Shown piece after piece: positions 35,777-47,549 of a stretch of 64,000 nucleotides of DNA. How positions within the stretch are numbered: position 1 is the first letter of the stretch; each line of letters starts with the position of its first letter. The notes beneath the pieces are model-generated. The model was not told the origin of the DNA. It did no database searches and saw nothing but the letters and a program-made list of their open reading frames with translations. Origin of the DNA: Trichosphaerium sp. ATCC 40318 (taxonomy: Eukaryota > Protista > Tubulinea); the NCBI GenBank assembly GCA_038496445.1, contig JALMLS010000100.1:124001-188000 (forward strand). Reading direction: 5' to 3'. Both the position numbers and the translations under genes were made by a program.

Positions 35777-37713
35777 TCATGTTTTACTTTTATTGTAATT
35801 TACAGAAAAAATGGATTGGTTAGATACTACTGAACTTTCAGTCGGAATGGCTAAATCTGTGTACTTATTAATCGGTTTAGGGGCTGAAGTTGCTTTCAAC
35901 AATGAGAAAAATCGATTCCAACCTTCCGTCCAATCATTACAGTACAAAACTTCCAAAGATGCAGGATTTGTATTTAGCCAATTTGTCATATCCTAACAAC
36001 CTTTTAAGTGGTTTTTTGTGGATAAGATATTAACTTGTTACCTTACAATATGGATCTTGTGTATTCCATAATATAAAAGCTGGTGTTCTTCTATCAATTG
36101 GAAGCCTAGCAAAGTTTCTTTGCCTCTGGTGAAGTGCCCTTTGTACTGTTTAAAAAAACCCTCAACTTAGTTTTGTTTCACCACTTACCACCTTAGATTG
36201 GAGGTTAGCGCCTTTACGAAGTCACAGATTCTTGTATTATTTTAAGCCAAAGAAATTAGCTTACCACATTGGCCACTCATCATGTGACAAACTGCATCCA
36301 AGAAAGATGAGAGGTTCGTTTACCATCAGTTTCAACCATGTCAAGTTAGGTGGATCTAGAGACCTCAATTTTAAACGCCACATGGCATGATCATCTAGCT
36401 CTGGTTTTAAGCTTGCTTTGAATGTCTTTTCTGACAATAAGAGAGTAAACAACCGGTTGGAATACAGTAAATACTCACCTAATGTTTTACATTGTTTAAA
36501 GTCTTTGTCTAAAGAATGTATGTACGTTCCATAGTCACGTACACCTAGTTTCATAGTCCGAGATCCCTGAGCGTCTCCGTGTGGATACCTAACGTACCAC
36601 ATGTTATTAAGAGCATACATAAACGTGATAATACTGTACCATACACGTGTCAAACGTGAAGGTATATCGGTTGACGCATCATCTGGCACGTGTGTTGGTG
36701 TCTTGGAACATGCGTGGCGGTATAAGCACTCATTAAGTTTTCCATTTGGTGATTCCACGACTCGCTCTTTAGATTTCAACTCTAGTGATAGAGAGCGATC
36801 AAAGTTTAAACTCATAATATCACGAAAGTCATGTTGCAAAAAATCAGAGTAAAACGAACTCTAAACTACGAGTAAGTATACTCAAAACAAAGTAAATAAA
36901 TAGATTGTTTGCAGTGGTCAAAAAGCACAAACTGAGAAGCAGAGTAGCAACAAGACGTCCGAAAATAATTGGAAATTATTTTCATACCTTGCTTGTCACG
37001 TGCTTTTCGTACTCTATGAGATGATTCCTTTACTTCGTTACTGCTAAAAGAACAGATAATATAAAATCCTAAATCATACCTAACAACTTGTCTTAATTTG
37101 GTTTCTGCTGCGCCAGCCGTGCACTTTTTCTCCATTCTAACAAGACAACTTTCAACCAACAAAACAGCAAAAAAAAAATCATAAAGTTTGTTTACGCAAT
37201 ATGTGCAACAAATGACTCCCAGACACTTATTGTAGATTTCAGTCCAGCTTCATTCACTTCAGGAAGGCCTATTGAATTCGCTACCTTGTTCAGAAGTAGT
37301 AACCAGCCATCTCGTTCACCTAAATAAAGTCAAACTGAAAGTGAACTCACTTGCTTTGATTTACATTATTGGCGTGCCTGTTGCTTGTATGTTAAATCCG
37401 CAACCAACAATTGGAACTATAGTACGTTCTCCAGCCTCTGTTCGTTCGTTTGCAAGGATGTCACCAAGCCATTCCCAAGCGTCACGCTTTTGAGCTACAA
37501 TTACTTTAAAAACGCTCTCATAGCGTATTTAGTGCCAATGAAAACTACTTTACGTACGTGAAGGTGCTTTAACCTTGAAAGTACTCAAATATCTGTATTT
37601 CCGCTTCTCTGCGCGTTTTTCAGCGTGTGTAAGCCTATTCCTGCGACAATAACACCAATGCATCGAAGAATTTCCTCAAACCCTTACTACAGTATCGTAC
37701 GCTCTCTCTCCAT
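35777..37713 (-). CDS. SIR2-like (SIR2_2) domain protein, putative NADase of bacterial-defence type
   Basis: Motifs IVPIVGCGFN..GW..LL, IMSLNFDRSL, VW/YPHG and PLIFLGCSLSHDEWPMW-W-ALHQRQR. No sirtuin zinc-ribbon cysteines are evident. The 5' end is approximate. Confidence 0.72.
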
Positions 37714-37859
37714 GGAATGTTTATAAACAGCCACTCCGTTCAATGATCGCGCGTATGAAGTGTTAAGTTGACAAATTAGACTATAAAGTCAAACAAAGGT
37801 CACGTGGTTCCAGAAAATGTGCAGGTTCTTTTTTTGTTTTCAAGAATCTCACTTTTTAC

Positions 37860-39715
37860 TCATTGATTTACAGCTACCACTGGTACTACATCCCACTTTG
37901 TATTACTAGGATTACCGCGCGTGATATTCATGCGTTGATTGGCCAAATCCATGACTAAGAAAGATTAGTACACAGCAAAGTTGAGAATAAATCACACTTT
38001 CTGTTATTATTACGTACCTATTCCTGTGATTGTACCTACATTCATAGGTGATGCTGACGCACTAAGGGTACGAAGTTCCCAACCGCGACAAATAGGATAC
38101 TCTGAGTTAGACTTATCTGTAAGAATCTTTTTCAATGAATCAATAGTTGGTGTGGCACAGCTTTCAAATATCGTTGTAAGCTAAACATACGTGTTAATTG
38201 CATAGTAATACTTGATAACATTGTACTGTTTTGTATCTAGCATCAGATGAAGCTAAACCATCTCCATTCAGTGTTACTTTCTCAGATAGAAAACCATTTG
38301 TCCTGAAAACAACAGTTTCTTTTGTTGATTTTACTATTTGATTTTTTTCAACAATGTTGAATTTGCTGTTCATAAACTCCACGTGATAGTGTTCCTACAG
38401 GATATTATATAACTTATTGAATATTTATTATCACAAAATAACATACCTGCACTGAAGCAATTATAATAGCACTAGAGGTACCAGGAGAACCAACAGATTT
38501 CAACTATGATTACTTGTAAGTCACTGTTTTGTAATCCTTGTGAGAACATTGTACCTTAGCTATAAAGTCACTAGGCTTCTTACAATTTAGTGCAGATCTC
38601 AGAAAAACATGTATAGGTACACCTAACAATTCCTCTGGGAGGCCAAGATAGTTCAAAGTGACCTATAAGTACGTAAGTACTATTCCTGTACTGTCCAATA
38701 AAATTTGCATTGTACTCCTAGACCACACGAATTAATTCCAACTTTGGCGAGAACACCTGGTTCAGTCATTGTAAGTATCGTATGTCCATCTGGTTTTGAT
38801 ATACGAAGTAAAACGCATAAGCTCAGAGACTTCTACACAATGAAAAGTTAAACCACGAAACAAAAAAACAATGTAAAAGGGAAGTGGGAAACCTGGAAGT
38901 ATGACGCAAGGCTGTTCTTTCCACTCCATCAACAAGGACTATGTCTAAGAATACAGTATCTCCTTACAAGGTATTTCGGACCTTCAATCGGAGAAGTGTG
39001 TACATATTGATGGTGTTGAGTAAAAACTTGCGTGATATTTCAGATTTATTTTCCAAACTTCCACACTTTCCCTATTACGAATTAAAGTTTTATGCGTACT
39101 TCCAGCCAATCCCATGTCTGCCCTAACAATGCAGCTTTTGGATATAACACTGTACTGCATTCAGAAGGCTCTAAAGCAAGTTAGAACGACAAGGTATACA
39201 TGTACAAACCCTTTACTGAGAGCAATTCTGATCGAGAATTTATAGCGACGATATCGAGCACGTGTTGACCTGAGCCTTCAGCAATACCTACAAGACGGCG
39301 TTTTAGAATGAATTCTTGCGATTAGAGGGTTTTCTTACCTTCCAGTTCTTCGTATAACTCAGCATCATAGTTTTTTATGTTTTTGGCGTAGGTTTTGCAT
39401 GTGCGGCTACAAAGAGTTATGTCACGTAAGAAATGGCGTTTTACTGAATGGCTTCATCTGTAAGTCCCCATAATTGCTTGTACATCTTAATAGACGCTGA
39501 AATACGCTTCCTACAGCATGTTGAGTGAATTCCAAAAAAACTACTTTACTCGTACTTCAATATGCGCCCATGTTGAAGCCCTAGTTCCCTTGGGTTACCA
39601 CTAATATTTACCAGTGGTATTAGCTCGTTGTCTTGCACTTGTGTCATTCTCAAATGGCTAAATGTAAGTACCAAAATGTCACGGCAGGTCATGCTCACTT
39701 AATTAGCTTGAACAT
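37860..39715 (-). CDS. Peptidase C45 / acyl-CoA:6-APA acyltransferase (AAT) family Ntn-hydrolase
   Basis: Motifs GNPRELGLQHG, ELEGIAEGSG..IVAINSRSE, ECST (autocleavage Cys), GQTWDW, TEPGVLAKVGINS, GVPIHVFLR and VMDL...RGNP. Confidence 0.88.
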
Positions 39716-39826
39716 TCCTGATGTTCAAAAAGACACTTGTTGGACCGATCTCTGGCAGTTAGTATCTCAGTTTAGATTGTCACTATTCAAGCAAACAAAT
39801 AGCGTCCGTCACAAAAGGTCGAAAGT

Positions 39827-42351
39827 TTATTGTTTAGTAGTGTATTGTAAGTAAATATCATTTTCAAGCTGGACAACTTTATCAAGGTCCATAAACTGAA
39901 CTTCCTTCATTGTTTCTGCAATAGGACTCTGGAACCAATGTTTAGCTGTAGATCCAAGCATACAAGACCCATAATACAGGCTCTACAAGCACGTTATTAG
40001 TCTAAATAAACACGTGATGAGAAAATAAAAAGAACTTACAACAGAGTTACATAAGCCCAACTTTATAGCTGATGAATGCACTTTTGCACCACCTATCAAC
40101 AGAGTAATTATCATATTTTCGTTTATATCAAATGATAAATATTTGAAGTACCTTCAATGAGTACTTGCAATATCCCACGTTTTCCAAGCTGCCTAAGTAC
40201 TTCACTTAAGTCTACTCCATTTTCACTTTTTTTGATAACTTCGACATCAACACCAAACTAATTTATTTACAAAGCATTAAACGTAATGTATGCAACAAAA
40301 ACACTTTTATGTACCTTTTTCCAAGCTTCTAAAGAATCCTTACTTGCGTCTTTTGTTGTAAAAATCAGTGTAGGACCAACAGAAGTATCCATAAGACTTC
40401 CTGTTACCACTTTACCATACGTGTCAAGTACGACCCGCAAGGGTTTGACCTAAACGATTTGTTTAACAAACAATCTAAACCAGCTAGATGGTACCTCAGC
40501 CTCTACCCCTCTAACATTCAACCGTGGGTTGTCGGCAATCGCTGTGCCTGAACCGACAATAATTGCTTGACTAGGGGCTCTGAGTTTACAATGCACGTGC
40601 TTGCGTGCAGCCTCACCTAATTTACTCATTAACCAACATGCTACTTTCGCTCTAAAGTACCAGTAATCCACTGTGAAGTGCCATCGCCACATGCTATTTT
40701 ACCATCTAAACTTAGTGCTACCTTAACAATGCAATATGGTAATGATGTTCGTCTAAAAGAGGAAAGTCAGTTTACTGTATGATTTGGTTGTACACGTACC
40801 TATGATAGAGATAAGACCTTAACGATTGCTCAGCTTCCCAAACACATACACCAGTCAAAACTTGGATGCCTATTATTGCAGGTAAGAACTTCTCAATTAA
40901 ACAAAACAATTTACCTTTGTCTTTTAGGAATTGAATCCCTTTTCCTTCCACTTTGTTGTCTGGATCGACAACAGAAATAACGACCTTACGCCATATTAAA
41001 AGAGATAATGGATTATTACTATATTCACCTGCGCTACTCCTCTTGACGCAACAGCTACATCACAAGGACCAGTTCTGTGAAACTGTAAGCACTATGAAAT
41101 AATACTAACAAACTCTTCTTACCTTCCTTGGTGATGGCAAGGTTCCAGTGTTGTATACCTAAAGTTTAAAGGTTACTAAAACACACACAAAAAAGTTACA
41201 GTACAATGTGCATCCTTTTATTTTATCACCATTACCGGAAGCTTCAGCATTCTCGAAAGCTTTAATCTCTGCATGAGCCTAAAAAATCAATAAACTTCAA
41301 CACCACAATAAGGTTTATAAGAACTTACAGTCCCAGCTTTACTGTGGTACCCCTTGCCAATAATTTCACCATCCTTAACAAGCACGCATCCTAAGACAGG
41401 TTAGATATGATAAATATAGCAGTCAGCTTAAAAAACAGGCGTACCAACCCAAGGATTTGGAGGTGCCGTCAATCTTCCCTTTTCACCCTACGGAATGTTG
41501 TCATGATAAACTTGCACCAAGCAGCTTTTGTACCTCGCTAATAGCTATTCTCATATAGTCATCATGTGTCATTTCCTTTTCTTCGCCATCTGCTTCAGCT
41601 TGGTCATTGTGTGAATGTCCAATGTCGAACTCAAGGTTTACTGCATCGCCAACCTTACGGTCCTAGCAACTAATTAATAAACTAACTACAAATGCACCGT
41701 ACGCTAAGGTTAGTATGTGCGAGCGTATGAGGTATCAAAGAAACTCTGAAGGTGTTTCCCTTGACTTGAGCAACTGTCAAGCTAGTGCCATCAACTGTTA
41801 TAGATCCCTGTTTAGATGTCAAAAATACTTGCCTAGCATTACATAATAATGCATACCTTATGAACGATGGCATCTGATGGCATATCAGGAACGTTATCAA
41901 AAGAAATCCATACGTCTCTAGATCCGTCTTTGCGTTGATTTACCTCAACAACGTTTCCAAGTCCAAAAACGTGACCTACAGGAAATGACGTCTACGTTTT
42001 TTTGATTTCTTAGTACCCATGACGTAGTGACCTCCTAAGGAGTCTCCTACACGCATGCTAAGTTCTAAGTTTACATCAAACTCAGTATCGGGGTTCAGAA
42101 ACAAGTTTGTTTTAGTTCGTGTCTCTCCCATTACAAAAAACAAGCCTACATCATCCGTCCAGCCTTTCACTAATGTCAAGCAAACGCCATTCACGGCAAT
42201 ACTATCTCCTACACATACGTTACGCGCGTACATTGTATTTTTTACCTAGTTTGCTTCCTTTAAAGAAGCCTGGTGCTTTAACGCTTATTTCAAAAGTTTT
42301 AGAGTTTGCCGTTGCTTTTCCAACACATTGAACGAGGCCTGTATACACCAT
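39827..42351 (-). CDS. Riboflavin synthase fused to RibD (pyrimidine deaminase + reductase)
   Basis: Synthase motifs MVYTGLV, GDSIAVNGVCLT, GGHYVMGHV, GSITVDGTSLTV, LIPHT and VNLEFD. RibD motifs PPNPWVGCV, HAE, TLEPCHHQGRTGPC, SLDGKIA, WITG, DNPRL and LIEGG. Confidence 0.93.
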
Positions 42352-42579
42352 GACGTATTGATCAATTTTTACGCCTGATCACGAAAATTCCAGGCAGACT
42401 TAAGTCTAACTCTAAGTCAATTTTTAGTTTTTTTCTTTTTTGAAATTCGTGAAGTTAGGCCGGTTTGTAGTGAACAACAACCTCTTCTATACAGCTTTAT
42501 ATGTACATAACGTTAAAAGGGTCGAAAATTTTAACATGCTATTGTGCTGTCACTCCCTCATTTTTAGCAAAGTTGTGTT

Positions 42580-44430
42580 CTATTTCTTATCAACATCCAT
42601 AGCAGTTGACTCTTCCTTGTTCTCCGCTACTTTTTCCGAGTTTCCAGAATCTTCTTTTTTAGTTTCTGCAGGTGCCCCAGCGGCACCAGCCTTGCTTTCT
42701 TCAATCGCAGCCTTGTTTATCTTTGCTTCTTCCTTCTCTTTGTCAGCAGGAGGCGCAGCTTTTGATAGAAGTGTTAACGGATTCTTTTGATAAAATCAAC
42801 TAATATTTTTATATACCTGGAGAACGCTTTGGACGTTTTGCTTGGCGTTGTTCAAAAACCTCTTCTTTTACAGGTAACCAATACAAAGCTGGTTTTACCG
42901 TTGTCAAACGGAACAATTTGTTCAACTCTAAAGCAGCTATAATATAATCATTAATACTTAAATACACTCATGCAATGGCTATAGTACGTTCAACAGGCTT
43001 CTCACTAACTGGTACCCTCTTCTTCCATGTTTTATCGGCGTCCAAATATTCTTCTGGATCCACAAAATCTACTACGAGCGGCTACGATTACATCAGTAAG
43101 AAAGGAACTTTTAATGATATCTATTAAAGCACATACATTTCCTCTGTTTGATTTAGGCCAAACTCTACCGTAGATACGCTCTCTGCATTTCTTAGCTTGA
43201 TCTTCATTCTCAAACTAATAAACTTTGTGAACAACATAGTCACTACAAAGACTTGTAACGTACTGTGGCATAACAGAAAGATTTTATATTATTCCACCAC
43301 AAACTTGTAACCTTGCCTGACGATTTCTCCAAGTAACGCTGCATACCATTTGTTGTAAATGGTCGCACCATTCCTTCAATGTATAAACAATTCGTACATT
43401 CACCTTCAAAAGACGGAACCTCTAAAATACATTCTGTGAGTCACCAAACATTGAAAAAAAAAAAACAATGTTGTTTATTGCTCCACCAACAATTCCTGAA
43501 ATTCTAACGTACCAACTTGTCTGTCATCGTCATCTGCGTCATCCTCAAAAGATAATCTTGCTAGTATACTCTTAGAGTCTTTATTATGACGCGGTAATGG
43601 CCTTTGATAGAGTGAGTATAAATGTCATTTGTCAAATTTTTGGTAAAATGATAACTATCTGCGTACTTTTCACTAACAAGAGAGCGTGCACTATTCTTAA
43701 GGAGGGTCTCTGGCGCTGGTTTTAGTTCAATCTCACGAACCGGTTTGTCGTTTATCTTATCAGCCCTTAGGCCCCTGGTTTGGTTAACGAGTTTTGGTTT
43801 AAGTGATTCTTTTGCTTGTCCTTTTTCTGTCTTTTGTGTACGAGTATCCTTTGTTTTATCGTCTTCTTTTTTAGGTGTGGCGTCTGTTTTGTCTGCTTCT
43901 AAGGTTTTTTGTTTGAATAAAAACGTTTAACGTTTAAAAAACTTTTCGTTATGGTTACCTGTCTTTGTATCACTGCTTTCGCTAGTTAGCGACGTGCGAA
44001 CCTTTTTACGTGGTGACGGTTTCTTTAAAGCGAGTTAATTAGTTTAAAACCTCCTGAGCGTACGTCAGCAGGTAGTTTGCGTTTGTTGCTTTGTTGCTTT
44101 TTTTCTACAGGCTCCACTATAGTGGCAGTAGATTCTACGTTGCTAGGCTCTTCAGTAGGCTGTCTTTCTTCAGCCTGTGGCATCTCCTCGTCATTACTTT
44201 CTGGGTCTTTTTCCTCAACCTCCTGTACCACATTAGCGGTTAGAGGGACTGTAAATTTGTACCTCTGAAATACTCGTTGCATTTTCTTTGTCTAATGCTT
44301 CTGTAAGACGCTCTAGTAGCACAGCCTTTCTACCAGACGTCGATAACCGCCTCTTTTTAAGTTCAACTTTTAACTCGCGCACGAGCATTTTATCAGGAGT
44401 TTTAGGCTCTGTAGTCGATTTGCGAGGCAT
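42580..44430 (-). CDS. ACIN1: Acinus-like protein (SAP domain, RRM, RSB motif)
   Basis: SAP motif MLVRELKVELKKRRLSTSGRKAVLLERL and RSB motif LNKLFRLTTVKPALYWLP. Confidence 0.75.
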
Positions 44431-44691
44431 GTCAAATGAATGAGCAACGCTTGAATTATGTTTTGTACTTGAAAGGTTCAGACCAAAATTGCGTGCTTGT
44501 ACGCCAGTAATACTGATTGCTCTTTGTACAACTAGTGTTCTATATACAAGTGCTTTGCAGTGCGTACGTAGAAACGAGACGTAAACGGTGAATTTGGACT
44601 TTGTTGGTCATATGACTATGGTTCATTGAACGCAAAATTTTTACAATGTGTCAAAATGACATGCAGTTAAATCTACATCAGAATGTTTATA

Positions 44692-45556
44692 TTATACAAT
44701 AGAAACCTTATTATTCTCAATTTTAAAACCATTAGCCCTTAAAAATTTTGCCATACGCCCGTGACCGAAGCTTTTAAAACCAGAACCTTTTTGTAAAACA
44801 ATTAGTGAAAAAAACAACTTACGCTCTATGTACCAAAATGTTTGCAAATATCAGCAGCTAGGTCACCCACAGGTACCTCTCCCTTATCACTTGTTAGTAT
44901 ACTAATACTCTAAAGTCTTATGGGTACCTCTGCTGTACGTTTTTTAATGTACGATGACAACTCCTGAACTGTTGGTTTCATTTGGTCTTTTTTAGGCGTT
45001 ACTGCGCTCTTGACTTCGTTTGTTTTTGTTGGTGGAGGTTTGGGTATAGTCTTAGCTTCCTTAGGAGGCTTTGGAGTTGATTTTTTCGCTGTTCTTTGCT
45101 TTTTTTTTGCAAGCAATTTGTCAAGATGAGGGTCTCTGCTTCTTTTGCGTTTTTTAATTGCGCTTTTATCATCTAAATTATCTTCTTCCTCTGCTTTCGC
45201 TTGTGCTTCACTTTCTTCTATTTTGTCTTTTGCCATTTGCTTTTTCAGATCTAACATAACTTTTCTTTGTATTTTGGTGCTAACCTCAAACTCTTTGACG
45301 TTATACATTCGTTCTGCGCCAAGTCCCATTCTTTTTTGCATTATTTATTGCTTTTCAGTAATTGAGCATACCCTTGGGGTCTATGTGGTATGTCGCCTTC
45401 ATCTGGTGGTTCTTCGTTTATGTTTTTGACACCCTTCGTCATTTGCTTCATCCATCCAGATACAACATCTTCAACGCCTATAATGCCTTTTAGTATGCAA
45501 AGCAATTGGATATGACTGTATGTACCTTTGGCGTTGAATTTTAGCTGTGGTTGCAT
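44692..45556 (-). CDS. Lysine-rich protein, DUF3245-like N-half and possible LOTUS/OST-HTH C-terminus
   Basis: VSGWM...RPQG-MGLGA motif and a basic middle. C-terminus VPVGDLAADICKHFG..FKSFGHGRMAKFL. Confidence 0.5.
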
Positions 45557-45658
45557 TGTTTTCGCCTCTACGCGTATGCAGTCTTGGTTGGATTGGTGAG
45601 AGCGTGTTGTCAAAATGAGAAAGCATACTAATCCTGACTTTTCATTGGTTGTTGGCCT

Positions 45659-47040
45659 ATGGCGTTACGAAGGTACGAAAGATTCCATAACGCGTACTCA
45701 CAATGATAAAGAAGCGTCGTAAAATCGCGCTCTACCCCCAAACGCATCAAAGCGTCAGAATCAGTATGTAAGTCATTCTTTAATACAGTGGCACCATCTT
45801 TGGGTATTTGTATTTTAGAGGACTTTTACAAAGTGACGTACAGAGATATAGCGGTATTTGGCGGCACGGCGCTATTAAATCGGTATTGTACGATATTTTG
45901 ACATGTTTTATAACGTTTAACAATAGATACAACTATTCGATTAGAGAACCTCTCAAAAGCGCCTTCCCACGCTTCAATTGGGACACAAACAGTTTTATGT
46001 GCGTTATTTAAACTGACAAGTGACTAATATCAATAACAGCGCTGCACCTCCCAATTACTGGGGCTCTGTGGGTAAACAAAGAATCTTTTTAGAGCACAAA
46101 GTAGCACGTAGGATGAGATTGTATACATTGGACTGTTTCTACAAGGTAAAACGGAGTGACATCCTATGGCTCGGTGGAAGCGGCATAATGGGATATTATG
46201 AGGGTTCTGTATCAAAAGCACTTCTTTCAGTGTTTCCTGAGCACAAGTGGGAGCCATGGAGATTCAAGTACGGCGCTTTAAGTGTTAAAGATAAGTAATG
46301 ATTTGGCTAGTACAGTGCCTGCTGCATGTTGGGACTATGATGATAATCAACGCGCCAAGCTCAATAGTGTAGCTGAGAGTCTTAATGTTAAAGTGCTTGG
46401 AGACTGGGAGGGTGTAACCTACAAAGAACTTCTGTTTAAGGCGCCAGCGATAATGAACAGGTACGTTACCAGCAACGTACTGCAGTGCCTCTCGCTTACT
46501 AAACTCAACGAATAGGTGTAAGTCTATGCAAGACTTACTTAAACGGCTGTATAGTAATTATACCTTTTCCTTCTCACGTGCTAAATCGACAGCTTGGAAC
46601 AAAGAAGCGCAAGTCACGTTTTTGAATCATTTAGCAGAAACCTTGGACATTAGTTCCCCGGAATTGTGGTAATTTAATATCGGTATCAACCACCGTCTAA
46701 GAATGTATTAGGTATTCTTTATGTTCTTCAGATATGAGGAATGCTGGTGGTGTTGGCTTTACGCGATACTTTCCACAGGCATTGTCTTTATACGCACCAG
46801 GATATACTTGGGATTGGTCAAGATTCTACTATGGCCCCAAAGAAAAACAACGGTAGACCTATCTCCTTGTTTCGCCACTAATCTAATTTTTTGTTAAGAG
46901 GACTTGTTGCTAAATTACGCACTTTGGGGTGGAGTCAAAATGAAAGTGAGTGTTGTAGACTAAAGATTCTATCTAATAACACTAAGGTTTTAATGGTAAA
47001 ACGTTTCTTGCACAGATGTAGCATACTTCTGCAAGCGTGA
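45659..47040 (+). CDS. Uncharacterised helical-repeat protein, paralog of 2737-3966
   Basis: PPNYWGSVGKQRIFLE..GGSGIMGYYEGSVSKALLSVFPEHKWEPWRF and VPAACWD..NQRAKL..LNVKVLGDWEGV. Ends are approximate. Confidence 0.6.
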
Positions 47041-47549
47041 CTTAAACCCAGCGTTGTGCAGTGTTAAACAGCATCTCACACGTCACTTCATGATATTGAG
47101 GTCCATTGGTATTGCGTATACTAGTATTGCGCAAGAGTCCTATGCACAATCTAGAGAGATTCTAGGCTGCTAGCGAATTAGAAGGGTAGGCAAGTTCATA
47201 ACTTCAGAATCTCTAAGTCACGTGCTAGGACGCAAAAGATACTATTCGCTGCGAGCTGTTGTGAAGGCAACTTGCACAATATTGTTAGTGGCACAGAAAT
47301 CTTCACACGCAAACCAAAAGGCGCTTATTCTGTTTGGAAAGGCTACAAAACCACAGTTGGCTTTGCGCATTTTATTACCCACCAGTTAATGTATACGACA
47401 AGTACAGGGCGCGCCGCATGCAAGAAATATGTACAAACAAAGCTGTAATGTTTATTTGAAAAAAAAGAGAGTACTGTACCTACTGCAATGATTTTAAGTT
47501 AGGTTTTTTTTTCAGTACTTGACTTTATTTTCGGTAAATCTAGTTCGTG

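Noticed and set aside
47040-47500. Short inverted repeat AGAGATTCT/AGAATCTCT in intergenic DNA (possible MITE)
   Set aside because: Only 9 bp, with no TSD or second copy in the window.
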